This document shows, piece after piece, positions 52,301 through 64,000 of a stretch of DNA of 64,000 nucleotides. The notes under the pieces were generated by a model. The model had not been told where the DNA came from. It saw nothing but the letters and a program-made list of their open reading frames with translations, and did not search any database. Positions within the stretch are counted from its first letter, which is position 1, and every line of letters starts with the position of its first letter. Source of the stretch: Schmidtea polychroa (taxonomy: Eukaryota); NCBI GenBank assembly GCA_044892525.1, contig CM097885.1, forward strand, positions 20,400,001-20,464,000. Direction: 5' to 3'. The translations under genes and the position numbers were made by a program.

Positions 52301-52891
52301 TCTTTGGGGATTTAATACATGTATAGTTATTAATGTCTTTTAATATGATTTTTAATATCAGAATTTCTTATGTATAGATGAATAATTTGTATTTTTTAAA
52401 TGTTGAAAATGTATATGTATGTAAAGGTTGGCTGAAGAGGCGCTGTTTAAACTGTTATGAATGTGAATAAATAATGTTATTTTGTAGAAATTTAAATTCT
52501 ATCTATATAATTTTTGAGTGAAATATATCAAATTGTTTAAATGATCGGTGAATTCAAAAATGGTGTACTAAACATGAAAATTCAAATTTTGATTACGTCA
52601 CAGTCTCAATTAATAGAGAATTTAATTCCAAGAGTTTTTGAAATTATTATAAAAAATTAAAATTGATGAGGTAATCATTAATTTAAAAACTTGTAAAATT
52701 TTGTGTATTTGATGATTACAACAGAAATTGAAATATTATGTAATCACTGATTAAAACAAAATTTTAAAAATGTATGGGGGAAGTCTATAAAAAGTAAGGG
52801 GATCACCTTAAAAAGATATCCCATATTCACCCAAAAACATTGGTGAAAGTCGAGAATTCATATTGGGCTGAAGTCCGCACATCCATTTACT
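49379..52891. mobile_element. Non-autonomous Maverick/Polinton-type element (3513 bp)
   Basis: Diverged TIRs at ~49379-49783 and ~52458-52891, termini AGTAAAT...ATTTACT, and a perfect 6-bp TSD CGAAAT (49373-49378, 52892-52897). No polB, integrase or capsid gene was recognised. Confidence 0.8.
51209..51689 (+). pseudogene. Divergent TATA-box-binding-protein-like gene inside the Maverick-type element
   Basis: Two TBP half-repeats: LSNINYK..(frameshift)..IIIFKSGKCRIMG and LQSITVTA..IN*KNL..FYEPEIFPSLTY..VNIFNSGKVVIFGIK. Intronless, with one frameshift near 51253 and one TAA at 51471. Confidence 0.8.
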
Positions 52892-54435
52892 CGAAATAAC
52901 ACGTTAACCGGGCAGTGAGTACAAATTAAAACTACCCAAATGGTAAACTTTATTATTATTATATTAAGTTGATTAATAAAATAGAAATAAATATATCTTT
53001 GCTTTTTTCACCTGAGTCCTGGAAAAATTATTGTTTTAAGTCATCCTTATATGGATATTGTAGTGATGGTTTTTCACATGGTGCTTACAGAAAAAGGGAT
53101 GTAAGACATATACAACTGACATGGTGATTACATTACATTGTTAATTTTTGGTAAAGCCGAAAATTGATAGCGTGTCAGGTAGCTGTGGTAAAACATGTAA
53201 TTGTCAAATTTCGATGGCATTGCAATTTTTAGTAAAATTTTTTTCGTGGTGAAATCAAAGAAAAATGCTAAATGGAACTATTAAAAGTACGCTTTAATCA
53301 AAAAGACGGAAGATTGGATGGGAAATCAAATATTTATTATCATAAATCAGTGTTGTCCAAACTGTGTAAAAAAAATTCAAAAAAACCCTGTTTTTCCAAA
53401 CAACTTAATAAAAGGAAATTGAATTGTGGATATTTTAACAGTTATTTCAAATTTAAATGTTAATCGGTCAATTAAGTGCGAAATTTATTTGTTTACAATC
53501 ATATTTATATTTCTTACTAGAAATATTGACTATCTAAAACCGTAAGCAGCTTAATTATGTTTATTTAGAATCTTAAATATTAAATAATAATATTTTTTAG
53601 TTTATAAGTTTTCATTTCTTATTAAAAGATTAGTAAAAGTGCAATAAAAAATAGCAAATAAAGCAAAAAAAAATTAGGTGTGCCGCGAAAATTTTTAATT
53701 CAGCCAAGTGTGCCGTGGCTCAAAAAAGTTTTTTTAATTTTATTATTTTCTTTGTTTATAGAAAAGAAAAAGTCACGCGTAAATTGTTTTCATCATTTAT
53801 GCAATATAATTTTCCTTTGATTATTTTCTTAAGTTATGTTTATAATCTATTTATATTATATATTATGTCAGATGCCTTTTTGTTCTTCATTCAGAAATGT
53901 ACTTAATGACTTTCTATTACAGAAATGTGGAGCTTTATTTTATCCAACGTATGTTATTTTTTACATTACAGAAATTACATTTTGTTTAACATTAATGAAA
54001 CTGAAAAATAGTGGCTTATTTATTTTGTTTAAATTGAGAATTAAACCTTTCTAACAAATAGAAAGTTTATTTATGAATAAAAGCACTTAGTACTTTAAGT
54101 ATTTTTAGAGTCATTTTCGTTGCGGCTATTTATTATTAAAAAAACAATTAAGAGAGAAAACTTTTCAAAACTAAATTTAAATCAACGACGAAGTTTCGAA
54201 ATGACGGAAATTCAAGTTATTCATCTCAAAAATTGGAAATTTGATTTCATACATTTTATTTTAGAGGTGTGCGAGCTAGCTATAAGCTTTTTGGTGTCCT
54301 GTCATATCTTGCGAATGAATGTCTATTTACCAAGGCAAAGAATAATAAATAATAATAACCAAAATGCTAATTGATATTTGTTATAAATTGTAAAGGAATT
54401 AGTGTATTTCAAACCTTTAATTGTTACTTTATAAA

Positions 54436-54511
<76 letters not shown>

Positions 54512-54519
<8 letters not shown>

Positions 54520-55110
54520 ATCCTAAGGATCCGTGTTTGAGAAAATCTGGGTGTGATTTTGTTGAGGTGTGCGGGTCTGATGAGTCAAATAAATTAAATA
54601 GTGTGAGCAAGGGTGATGAGCCTAAATTTATGTTAGTATTGCCGTACTCAGAAGGTTTTAAGGATTATAAAGGGAAGGTAAGAAAGCAGTTAGGAAATTT
54701 AAACTATAGGATAGTGTCAACTTCATGGAAAGTACGCAATATGTTTATTAATAAGTAAAAAACTCCGGTTGAATTGTGTTCCGATCTCGTTTATCAGTTT
54801 ACATGTAATGGCTGTAATGCTACATACATTGGAGAGACTTCCTGTCATCTCTGTATTCGAGCTCGAGAATATTGTAGACCGAAGGCTTTGACCCATATTA
54901 GTGAGCTCAATAAGGGCTGTAAAATTAAAATAGGTATGTCTGATTTTAAAATTTTATTAAAAAATTTCGATAATTATTGGGAACGTGTGATTTGTGAGGC
55001 GTTGTTGATAAAGTCATTGAATCAAAATATTAATGTGCAGAATACAGTGAATACTTGTATTTTAAATGTTTTGATTATTTTCTTGTATATTGTATATATT
55101 GATTGTTGTT
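54512..55110 (+). mobile_element. Second, truncated copy of the Penelope-like element (GIY-YIG region)
   Basis: Highly similar to the reverse complement of ~1480-2121; starts right after a (TA)n tract; contains an in-frame stop. Confidence 0.92.
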
Positions 55111-55849
55111 GTAATGTACAATCTTATTTTTTATTTCTGTACAAGGGGACGGAACGTTGGTCCATTTCGTTGGGTGTAAGTCCCGTAAAATTAAATAAAG
55201 AAATTATTTAGCGATAATTTACTATGGTAAATGGAAAATTAAAAAAAATCAATTACGAATTAAAATTTTGAAATAGGACTTTAACAAGAAATTAAATTTG
55301 TGTAACAGAAGATAAAGGATACAGGATCCAAAACTCCAAAAGATAAGAAAAATAGAAGATATCTAGTCAGGAGACTTATCAAACATCAATCAAGTAGTTA
55401 TTCACGGAATTATTATAAAAGAAAAAGGAAACTTACTATACTAATTAATATATCAGCGCAATTTTAAAAGCATACTTCTAGATTAAATAAAAATATCGGA
55501 CAGAAGGAAAAGTTTTATATAACGATTACAAGTTTAGATTTATAAAGATTATAATCAAAACATCGGTTTTTGACCCAAGGCAAATTAATCCGAAAATAAA
55601 CCCGCTGTTTGTATTGGGTTTTAGCACCCCAATTGTCGCGCGACATTTTTTTTAACGGAGACTCTATCGGGCTCTTCAGATATCTACACCCAATCACAAA
55701 CCATATAAATACTACTATATAAATAAATAGGGATATACAAATACGACAATTCTAACAAAATACCAATGGCTGAAAATAAATCCTGAACCTTACAATAGTT
55801 GTGTTAAATTAAATAATTAATAAAATTTTTTAAATTATTAAATTAAATT

Positions 55850-56531
55850 CTGAATCTAACGAAAAACACCAAATCCAATATATATTTTACTACAATATAT
55901 TTCGGCAGAATCACTGTCATCTTCGGGTAGAATTGAAATCAAACTAAATCAATATAAATTGCTCTTTTTTAAACAAACTAATTTACTAATTCATTAATTT
56001 TTAAAAAATTAATTTCGCTAAAAATTTACAAAATTCTGTTTTTTATATTCAAACTTTAAAAATTATAAAAGTTTTAAAATTTCTAAAACATTTAAAACTC
56101 ACAAAAGTTGAAATCAAAGAAGATTCTAATAAATTTTCTACAAAATTGTGTTTACTAATATTAATCAATTGCTTCAGTCGATAGTGATCAGGAACTTGAA
56201 AACGAAGATGACGGACAGTCATTCCAATGTATGTGGCAAGCACCCATGACATAAATATTCATAACCAAGATCCGAAAACCATCTAAGTAATAATTGAAAT
56301 CCACTAATAAACACGAAATTCAAAAAACAGGAATTAGATACCACCTTCCAACGTTGAAATGTAAGCCTAAACAAAAACCTGTGCTTGCTGATATAAATCA
56401 ATTCCCTCAGTCGACAGTTATCCAGAACTTGAGAACGGAGATGACGGAGAGCTTGAAGACTATAAATCAATAATATATCGATGTTTTTTGATGTTTTTTG
56501 TTTTTTCATTCCAATTTATGTGGCATTGCAC

Positions 56532-56535
<4 letters not shown>
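55850..56535 (-). mobile_element. Remnant of a different Penelope-like family (duplicated GIY-YIG piece and degenerate hammerhead)
   Basis: Encodes ATYIGMTVRHLR..DH..LLESSLI; a hammerhead-like motif lies downstream at 55890-55930. Confidence 0.7.
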
Positions 56536-56586
<51 letters not shown>

Positions 56587-59500
56587 GTGTTGCGCTTCCA
56601 GCTGTAGCACTTATTTACATTTCTTTTCATACATTTCCATCAATTGAAATATATTGATAATATTTTTCATTCTTTTTTTCAGAACTTGAGAGCAATCCAT
56701 TTCTTTTTCGTCATTCACATTTATTCAGAATAATTTCCTTCTCATCTTTGTAATCTCTAGACTCAGACTCACTGTCTAATAGATCATTAAAATAAAAAAC
56801 TAAAGATAACAAAAACTAAAAAATTGTGCAGTGTAGTAAAAGATAATTTATAAGTAAACATAAACATTATATTTTCACTTAAAAAAAACTTCGATTATTT
56901 TGTTGACCAAAAATTCAAAATAAATGAATAGATTAAATGGTTAAATGACATTTTAACACAAGTCAATAATTTTTGGATAAATTTTCACATAAATTAAACT
57001 ATTTAAATATTTTTATTTCAACAACTGTTTGGCAATAATACAAAATTTTAAATTTTCTTTAAAAAGTAACGGAAAATTCCTTTCATCTGCGTCTCCGAGC
57101 TCCAAATGAGATAATTCTGTTTGTTACAGAAATTTCTCAAATATCTTCCAATGAGGAAATTTTTTTTTAATCGAGAAATGACATTTGTTTATCTGAACTG
57201 TGTTTTTCATTTTTTTTACAAAATCAAATAAATGTCTCTCGCTATATTTTGACGACCATTAATTTTGAAATTATAAAAAGAGAATTTAAAAATTAAATTA
57301 ATTTTATTATTTTTATGTAAATTATTGAAAAATTTAACATGATTTTCATTTTAGATGAACAAATTAAATCTTTGGATTTTATTATTAATTGGTCATGTTG
57401 AAATGTACATTTTTAAAATCTTTTTTTTCCAATTTACAATACATCTTAGGGGGGTTAGGGTTAAAATTCTTAACCTTTTTAGCACTTGCCCAAAATTATT
57501 GGATAGTCAATATAGTCTAAAAACCAAAAAATACTTCTGACCATAGTCATAAATTCCACTTTGCACATTTTTTGCACTTGTTTGCATTTTCATTTAATAA
57601 TTGCACCTAAAAATCAATGATGAACTATAACTCGTTTGACCAGCGCGCGGAAACTCACAGTCCTGGTGCTATTTTATTAGGGGGATATTAACGCGATAAC
57701 AAATAGTCCATGGGGCTCAAATCTACCTACTTTAACATTTTTTTATTTCCAAATATGATCATTTTTATTTCATTGAATTTAAGGTTATTATTACTGTTAA
57801 AATTTATTTTCATTTTGACAAAAGATCAAAAATAATTTCTATGCAACACAAAATTTTGGCTTTGTCCACTCTTTATTTATTTATAATGAATCTTAACTTT
57901 AGAAAATATAATATATAATAATATTTATTTTATATTTATATATATATGGTATATTCACAAATATTTATTAATATCCATAATATTAAAAATTAACTCTAAA
58001 TATATCTTTAATCTCCAATTTTACCAGTCTTGTTTTTTCATTCATTTTGATTTCAATTTAAACAAAATTGTTATTTAATGATGGAAATTCTCGAATAAAA
58101 TATGTAATCTTTGCAACATCTTTTTCGATGTTATTAATATATGTTTTAAATTTTACAGCATATCTTTAAAAATCAGATTTTTAATAGTATTATTTTTTTC
58201 ATAATTAATTCTTTCTAATTCTATAAAATATATTATTGCCTCTCATAATATTCTTTATTATTAATATAATTTCATAATTTATAATTAACCTTATTCACTT
58301 TTTCTAATAAATCTAGACTTTATTTTAAAATAAATTAAACCCTTGTATATTTATTGGAACTGATCTCACTATCAAATAATTGTACATGAAAGATTTAAAC
58401 AAAACTAAAGTAAATTGTCTTTCTACTATAACTAATTTAATATTAGCTACACAATTTCCAAATTGAATCTTCTATAAGCCGACATTTGATTGACATCTTT
58501 GTAGTTTTGTAGAAAATACATTTAGTGAATAGATCAGGATGTATTTAATATCTGTTACCATAATTTCTCGAGTGAGATTTTTTATGAATAATAATAATTC
58601 AGGCACATGACGGGTAATGTACACATTTGTCTGCTTATAGCTAAATGAATTTGGAGTTGGCATATATTAGTGAGGACAGTATCATGTGAATTTGTGCATT
58701 CTCAAATCAGCAATTTACAGGACTGTTTATGACATTAGATGTAATCAACTCGGATATTGTTAATGAGTTTAATTTATTTTATTTTATTTTATTTTATGCT
58801 TTTTTATAAAATATTTATTTCCAATAGTAAATTTCCATTAAACTTCATTTTACTTATTTTATAAAAATTTTAAAAAATATTTTTACTTCAAGGGTAAAAT
58901 ATTTATTAATGCATTCATTACGATGAAGTAATCCGATCAAATAAAAAAATATAAATCTCTGGAAAATTTTATTGACTTGATAAGTATAGCATTTTTGATT
59001 TCAGACCTCATTTTATTAACCAATATATGTACGTCCTATAATCGGTTACGATCACAACTAACTGCCAATTTTGTACGCGCTCAATTGGGACACGAGCAAC
59101 TATTGTATTTGTGAGCACTTTTACTATTTGATCTAAATTGTGCTTCATTTCCATCATTTGTTTGGTAAGTGAATTTTAATATTTAAAAAATGTTTTACCA
59201 TTTTTAACCAAAAATTCAAAATAAATGTATACATTAAGTGGTTAAGTAAATAAAGCATACTGACACTATATTAATTTTGAGAATAATTTTCAAAAATAAT
59301 TTATTCAATGAATTATTGGTACTTTTGAATAAATTTATAAATTTCTCAACGAAAATAAAATCAGAAAATTTTTTTAATTTAAAATAAATTTAAATAAATA
59401 TTTTAAGTTTCAATTTTTGCCAAATAAATTTTAATTTTAATTGTTAGAAATTTTCATTATATCACAATTGAATATATACTATATCGTGTTTGAAAATCTC

Positions 59501-59968
59501 CGACCCCTACAGAGTAAAAAAAATCTAGATGAATGTTGATTTAGATTGTAGACAATAATTAAAGTTCAACAAATGAAAGTTTAAATAACATACTACATTT
59601 AAATAAATAATTTGTAATAATTCATTAATTTTTAATATAATAATTAAAATTAATTAAATTAAAAAAAATTAAATTAAATTAAAATAAATTAATAATGTAA
59701 TTAATTTTAAATATAAAAATTTTATTTTTGTTGCTCTTAGAAATTTTTACTATTATCAATTCGAGCATGTTTTTTAAATAAATTTTAATTTTTTAATAAT
59801 TTTTCTTTATTTATTACATGTTGTTTTTTCTTTAATCGGTTTTACAATGTCATTTCACATTGTGATATTTACAATTCATATTTGAACTGTCGTAATAAGA
59901 TAACAAAATCAAAAGGATTTATAATATTTGTTGTTGTAAATATACCTACGCCTACTTTACCGTCTAGA

Positions 59969-60065
<97 letters not shown>

Positions 60066-60170
60066 GCTTTAGTCTTTGCTTCGCTTTGATCAATTCAAAT
60101 TTAATGTTAAATTAAAGAAAAATTCTATTTTTAATTACATTAATATGTTATAAAATTTATAATAATAATA

Positions 60171-60235
<65 letters not shown>

Positions 60236-60297
60236 TATTATTATTATTATTATAAGAACTTTTTTTCCAATTTCACCACTGATTTTTTTTCCATTAA

Positions 60298-60385
<88 letters not shown>

Positions 60386-63039
60386 TTTTTTTTTTTATTA
60401 TGATTATTTTTATTATTATTATTAGTCAAAACCTTCATTCTAAAAATAAAATAAACTTAATCTTTTCAACATTTGAATAAATATTTTAGTATTACGTTGT
60501 AATGATTGCAAAATTATTAAAATCTTGATTGAAATTAATAAAAATTTAAATTATTTATGACATGATGAGGATTGTAATGAAGTCTTTTACCAAAGGTGAT
60601 CTAAAAGGACCCAGTAAAACAAAGTTGCAATCCAAATAATACGATTTATGACTGCTTGTTTCAGTTATTTTATTAAATATAAATCTCGAAAATATTGTGT
60701 TTAGATAGACTGGTTTTCTTTCTTTTCTTATATTCTGTAATTCTATTGTGCTGCTGTATATCTTTATCAACAGATTTTGAGCCTAATTCAAATATGTATG
60801 ATTCTATTTTATATTTATATTAAAATTAAAAATTTTTAAATTAAATAAATATTAAATTAATAATTTTATGTTAGTGGGTTTTCTTTTTTTATAAATTTCT
60901 CTTAATTAAAACAAAAAATGCATACAACTTTTCTTTCAGTTTTGGGAATATTCATAGAAATTCAAATATTTATATATTAATTATTACTTTGTATTGTGAA
61001 ATTTCATGTCATTGGATATCAAACAACAATAAATTATATTTTTTTGAAATCATATTTTACAATTCTTTGCCAAAGATCCAATTCAATTTTTCCAATATTT
61101 TAAAGCTTTATAGATCCCAAACGTATCATGAAACTGATTACTTCCTATCTTCTGTATAATTGGTTGTCCAGTTGTTTTTCAATTTTTTCTTTTTCAACAA
61201 TTTTCACTTTCACTTTGACAATTTAGATTTTGTCTCTACATTTTCTCTCAACCAATTCCGCTACATTTCCCGCAAATTTTCACCATTATCATTACTCTAG
61301 TTTCTCTTCTATTTTTGTCAATTTAAAGTGAAAACTACTAAAGTTTCAAAATTTATTCGGGGAAATTTCCTTTCATTTATTCCGAAACTTCTATTTAACG
61401 ATTTTATCATTTTATATAAAGAAAATATTTTTTAATGTTTTTTAATGTATTAGAAAAAAATTTTTTTCCATCAATTTCTTTTAAAATATTTATTTATCAT
61501 TTTAAAATATTTTTTAGAAAACTTCAATAATATGAATTCGTTACATTTACAAAAGGATCTCATAATTTTCGGAGAAAGTGTCATTAAATTGTTTATATCA
61601 GACAGATTAAATTTACATAAAAAACATCTCATGCCAAGATTTGTTTTATTAATAAGTCTATTAATGCATATTTGGGGAATATTTTGTTTTAATAACAGGA
61701 TAAGAGTTTTATAACTATTGAATTTATAATAACCAAAATCACTTCATATAAATCATAACATAAAAGAGTGTCTCTATATTTCACATAATTCTTATAGGAT
61801 TTCTCTAGGGAAATTAATTCTCATTTCTTAGACCTCTTAGCTGAAAATAAATTTTTAATATTACATAATTATAACCACAATTATTATGCAAGGTAAGTCA
61901 CCAGTCTTAGACAAATTATTTTCAATTTTGTTTTACTAAGCTCTAAAATACTAAAAATATTAAAAATGAATTTATATATAATTGAAACATGAATTTTTTA
62001 ATATTTAGTTGGATTGCATGTAGAAGGTATTACTATAAGTTCTTTAATTTTATTTGGTTTTCATCGGTATTATGTAAGAAACTCGATCCTACCAGTTGTC
62101 AAACTCATTGACTTTGTAATATTGTATCCTTAATCTCATTACAAATTATTCAAAATATATAGTCATTTTATTAAATTTATTTCGACTTTTCTTCTCCTAT
62201 GCGATTTGTAATTTTAATTACACCTACACCATTTTTATAACATGAAAATTATGAGTTTATCATACATCTAGTTTTTAAGATATTAAATACATTTATGGAT
62301 TTGAAAAGAGGGTATAAAATATAGTATATTGAACATTTGGATCTTTTAATATTTTTTCAAATTTTAATAAATTTCAACTTAAATATATAAAATCAAATTG
62401 TTTACCTAGAAGGTTTTGAGTAACTTTTTTTGTAGTTCATACAGTGAATTTTGTTTTTAAAAAAATAGTTTGTAAAATCATTTAGGCCACAATAAAATAA
62501 CTGACAATAAAAAAAATTTTCATCAGACTGCTCACAAAAAATTAAACAAAAATTCAGTAAATAAATGAAAAAATAATATAATAAAATAATATAATAATAT
62601 TAATAATATAAATATAAATCAAATGGAAAATAAATTAAAAACAAGTGCTTGATAGTGACGGAAATATTATTTATTGTCTTAGATTTTGAATAGTTTACAG
62701 AGAAAAAAAATTTGAATGATCTTATTCCACACTAATGTCGCCATAAAATATTTTAATTAAGTAAAGTTTATTTTCTTTAGATAATCATTTCAATACATAG
62801 GTTTACATATAATTATTTCTTTTCTATCAACTTTGGCAGTTCAAATGGCAATTACTGAAAAATAGACGAATTTTACATAGTGTAGGAACTGGTTTTCTAA
62901 TCTCGTGCAAATGTCAAAAATCAAAATTTTCAAAATAAAGTACATTTTCGTTTACAAAACTATAAAAACTTTATAAGAATATGAATTTAATTTTAATAGT
63001 TTTATCTATTTATTATTATTATCATTATTATTATTATAA

Positions 63040-63151
<112 letters not shown>

Positions 63152-64000
63152 ATTATTATAAAATGATGATTTCTTGGTAGCAGCACTTATTATTTAAAAC
63201 AATAAAGTAATAATCTAAGCCTTTTGCTACGAATAATGTGTTTATTGAAAAAATTCGACTATAAGATGAAAACATTAACAAGGACTATCTAATAGTTCAA
63301 AACCTTTTTATTAAATACATTATTCGCAGCAATGGGATATATTTAATGTTGCACTATAAAATGGTCACAAGTAGTGGGTTACAGGTGGTCGAATGATTAA
63401 GTGCTGTTACCAGCGTAACCCAACATGCAACATTAGTTTCCGCTTGGTACCCGTTGAGTAATCAACGTTGGTACTGTACCAAGGGGTTGAATACTCGCAA
63501 AAAGTGAGCGCATCAAAGCACTATAATTGTCGAGTACTCCATGGGTTCACGGACTACCGATAGAAGGTGTGTGTCCGATTTCTCAGGTCCCTTTATCAAA
63601 ATTGTTCTCCCAACCTTACACACAAGCTCTCGTTTCTCAGGCAATCATAAGCATCTCAGACATTATCTAACGCTACAAAATACGTATTATTGTAACAACA
63701 AAAAAAATAAATATTATTTTAGTACTACAAGGTATATCAAACACACTACAAAATTACATAATCATGGAGAAAAAGTTCAACTCGGCCGGTTGGTGGGGCC
63801 GGTTAGTCCCGTCGTAGACGTTTGCGACGAACCCGCTTGCCTTTCGTATTCAGCCAGTCTGGCCTTCTTTAATTTTTCACGGATGTTTCGCCCAAGCCGT
63901 TTTCTTTTGGGCTTATTTTTAGCGGCTGGGGGATATATGGTTGCGAGTTCAACGGCCAGTGGCCGTATTTGTCTTGCTGCGGATTCCTGCACAAACTGCT

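Noticed and set aside
54181..54220. Hammerhead-like GACGAAGTT..GACGGAAA
   Set aside because: The core is incomplete and there is no stem I.
57445..57463. TTAGGG telomere-like motif
   Set aside because: Only two units; not an array.
60590..60782. Candidate upstream exon of the cyclase (..FVLLGP..)
   Set aside because: It has AG/GT borders but only a weak motif, and its phase-0 end does not join the phase-2 exon at 41137/41122. Unresolved without RNA data.

Overview
Very AT-rich, intron-containing eukaryotic DNA with abundant (AAT)n and (TA)n microsatellites. The composition and repeat types suggest a flatworm such as a planarian, but this is inference only. The one apparently intact gene is a receptor (membrane) guanylyl cyclase on the minus strand. 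Eight phase-consistent GT-AG exons run from ~41137 to ~751 and cover part of the extracellular domain, the TM helix, the pseudokinase domain, the coiled coil and the cyclase domain; the 5' exons were not found. Introns and flanks hold mobile DNA: Penelope-like elements with hammerhead ribozymes, a decayed Gypsy element, a nested hAT/piggyBac/MITE stack, and Tigger, m44 and Tc2 remnants. They also hold decayed copies of actin, hsp70, CstF-77, 28S rRNA and possibly Wnt. The most unusual item is a 3.5-kb element at 49379-52891 with ~400-bp terminal inverted repeats, AGT...ACT ends and a perfect 6-bp target-site duplication (Maverick/Polinton hallmarks). It carries a TATA-binding-protein-like gene and compact orphan ORFs, with no recognisable polB, integrase or capsid gene. 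A second theme is a set of canonical and variant (U3-A8) hammerhead motifs, several of them in fold-back repeats inserted in microsatellites.
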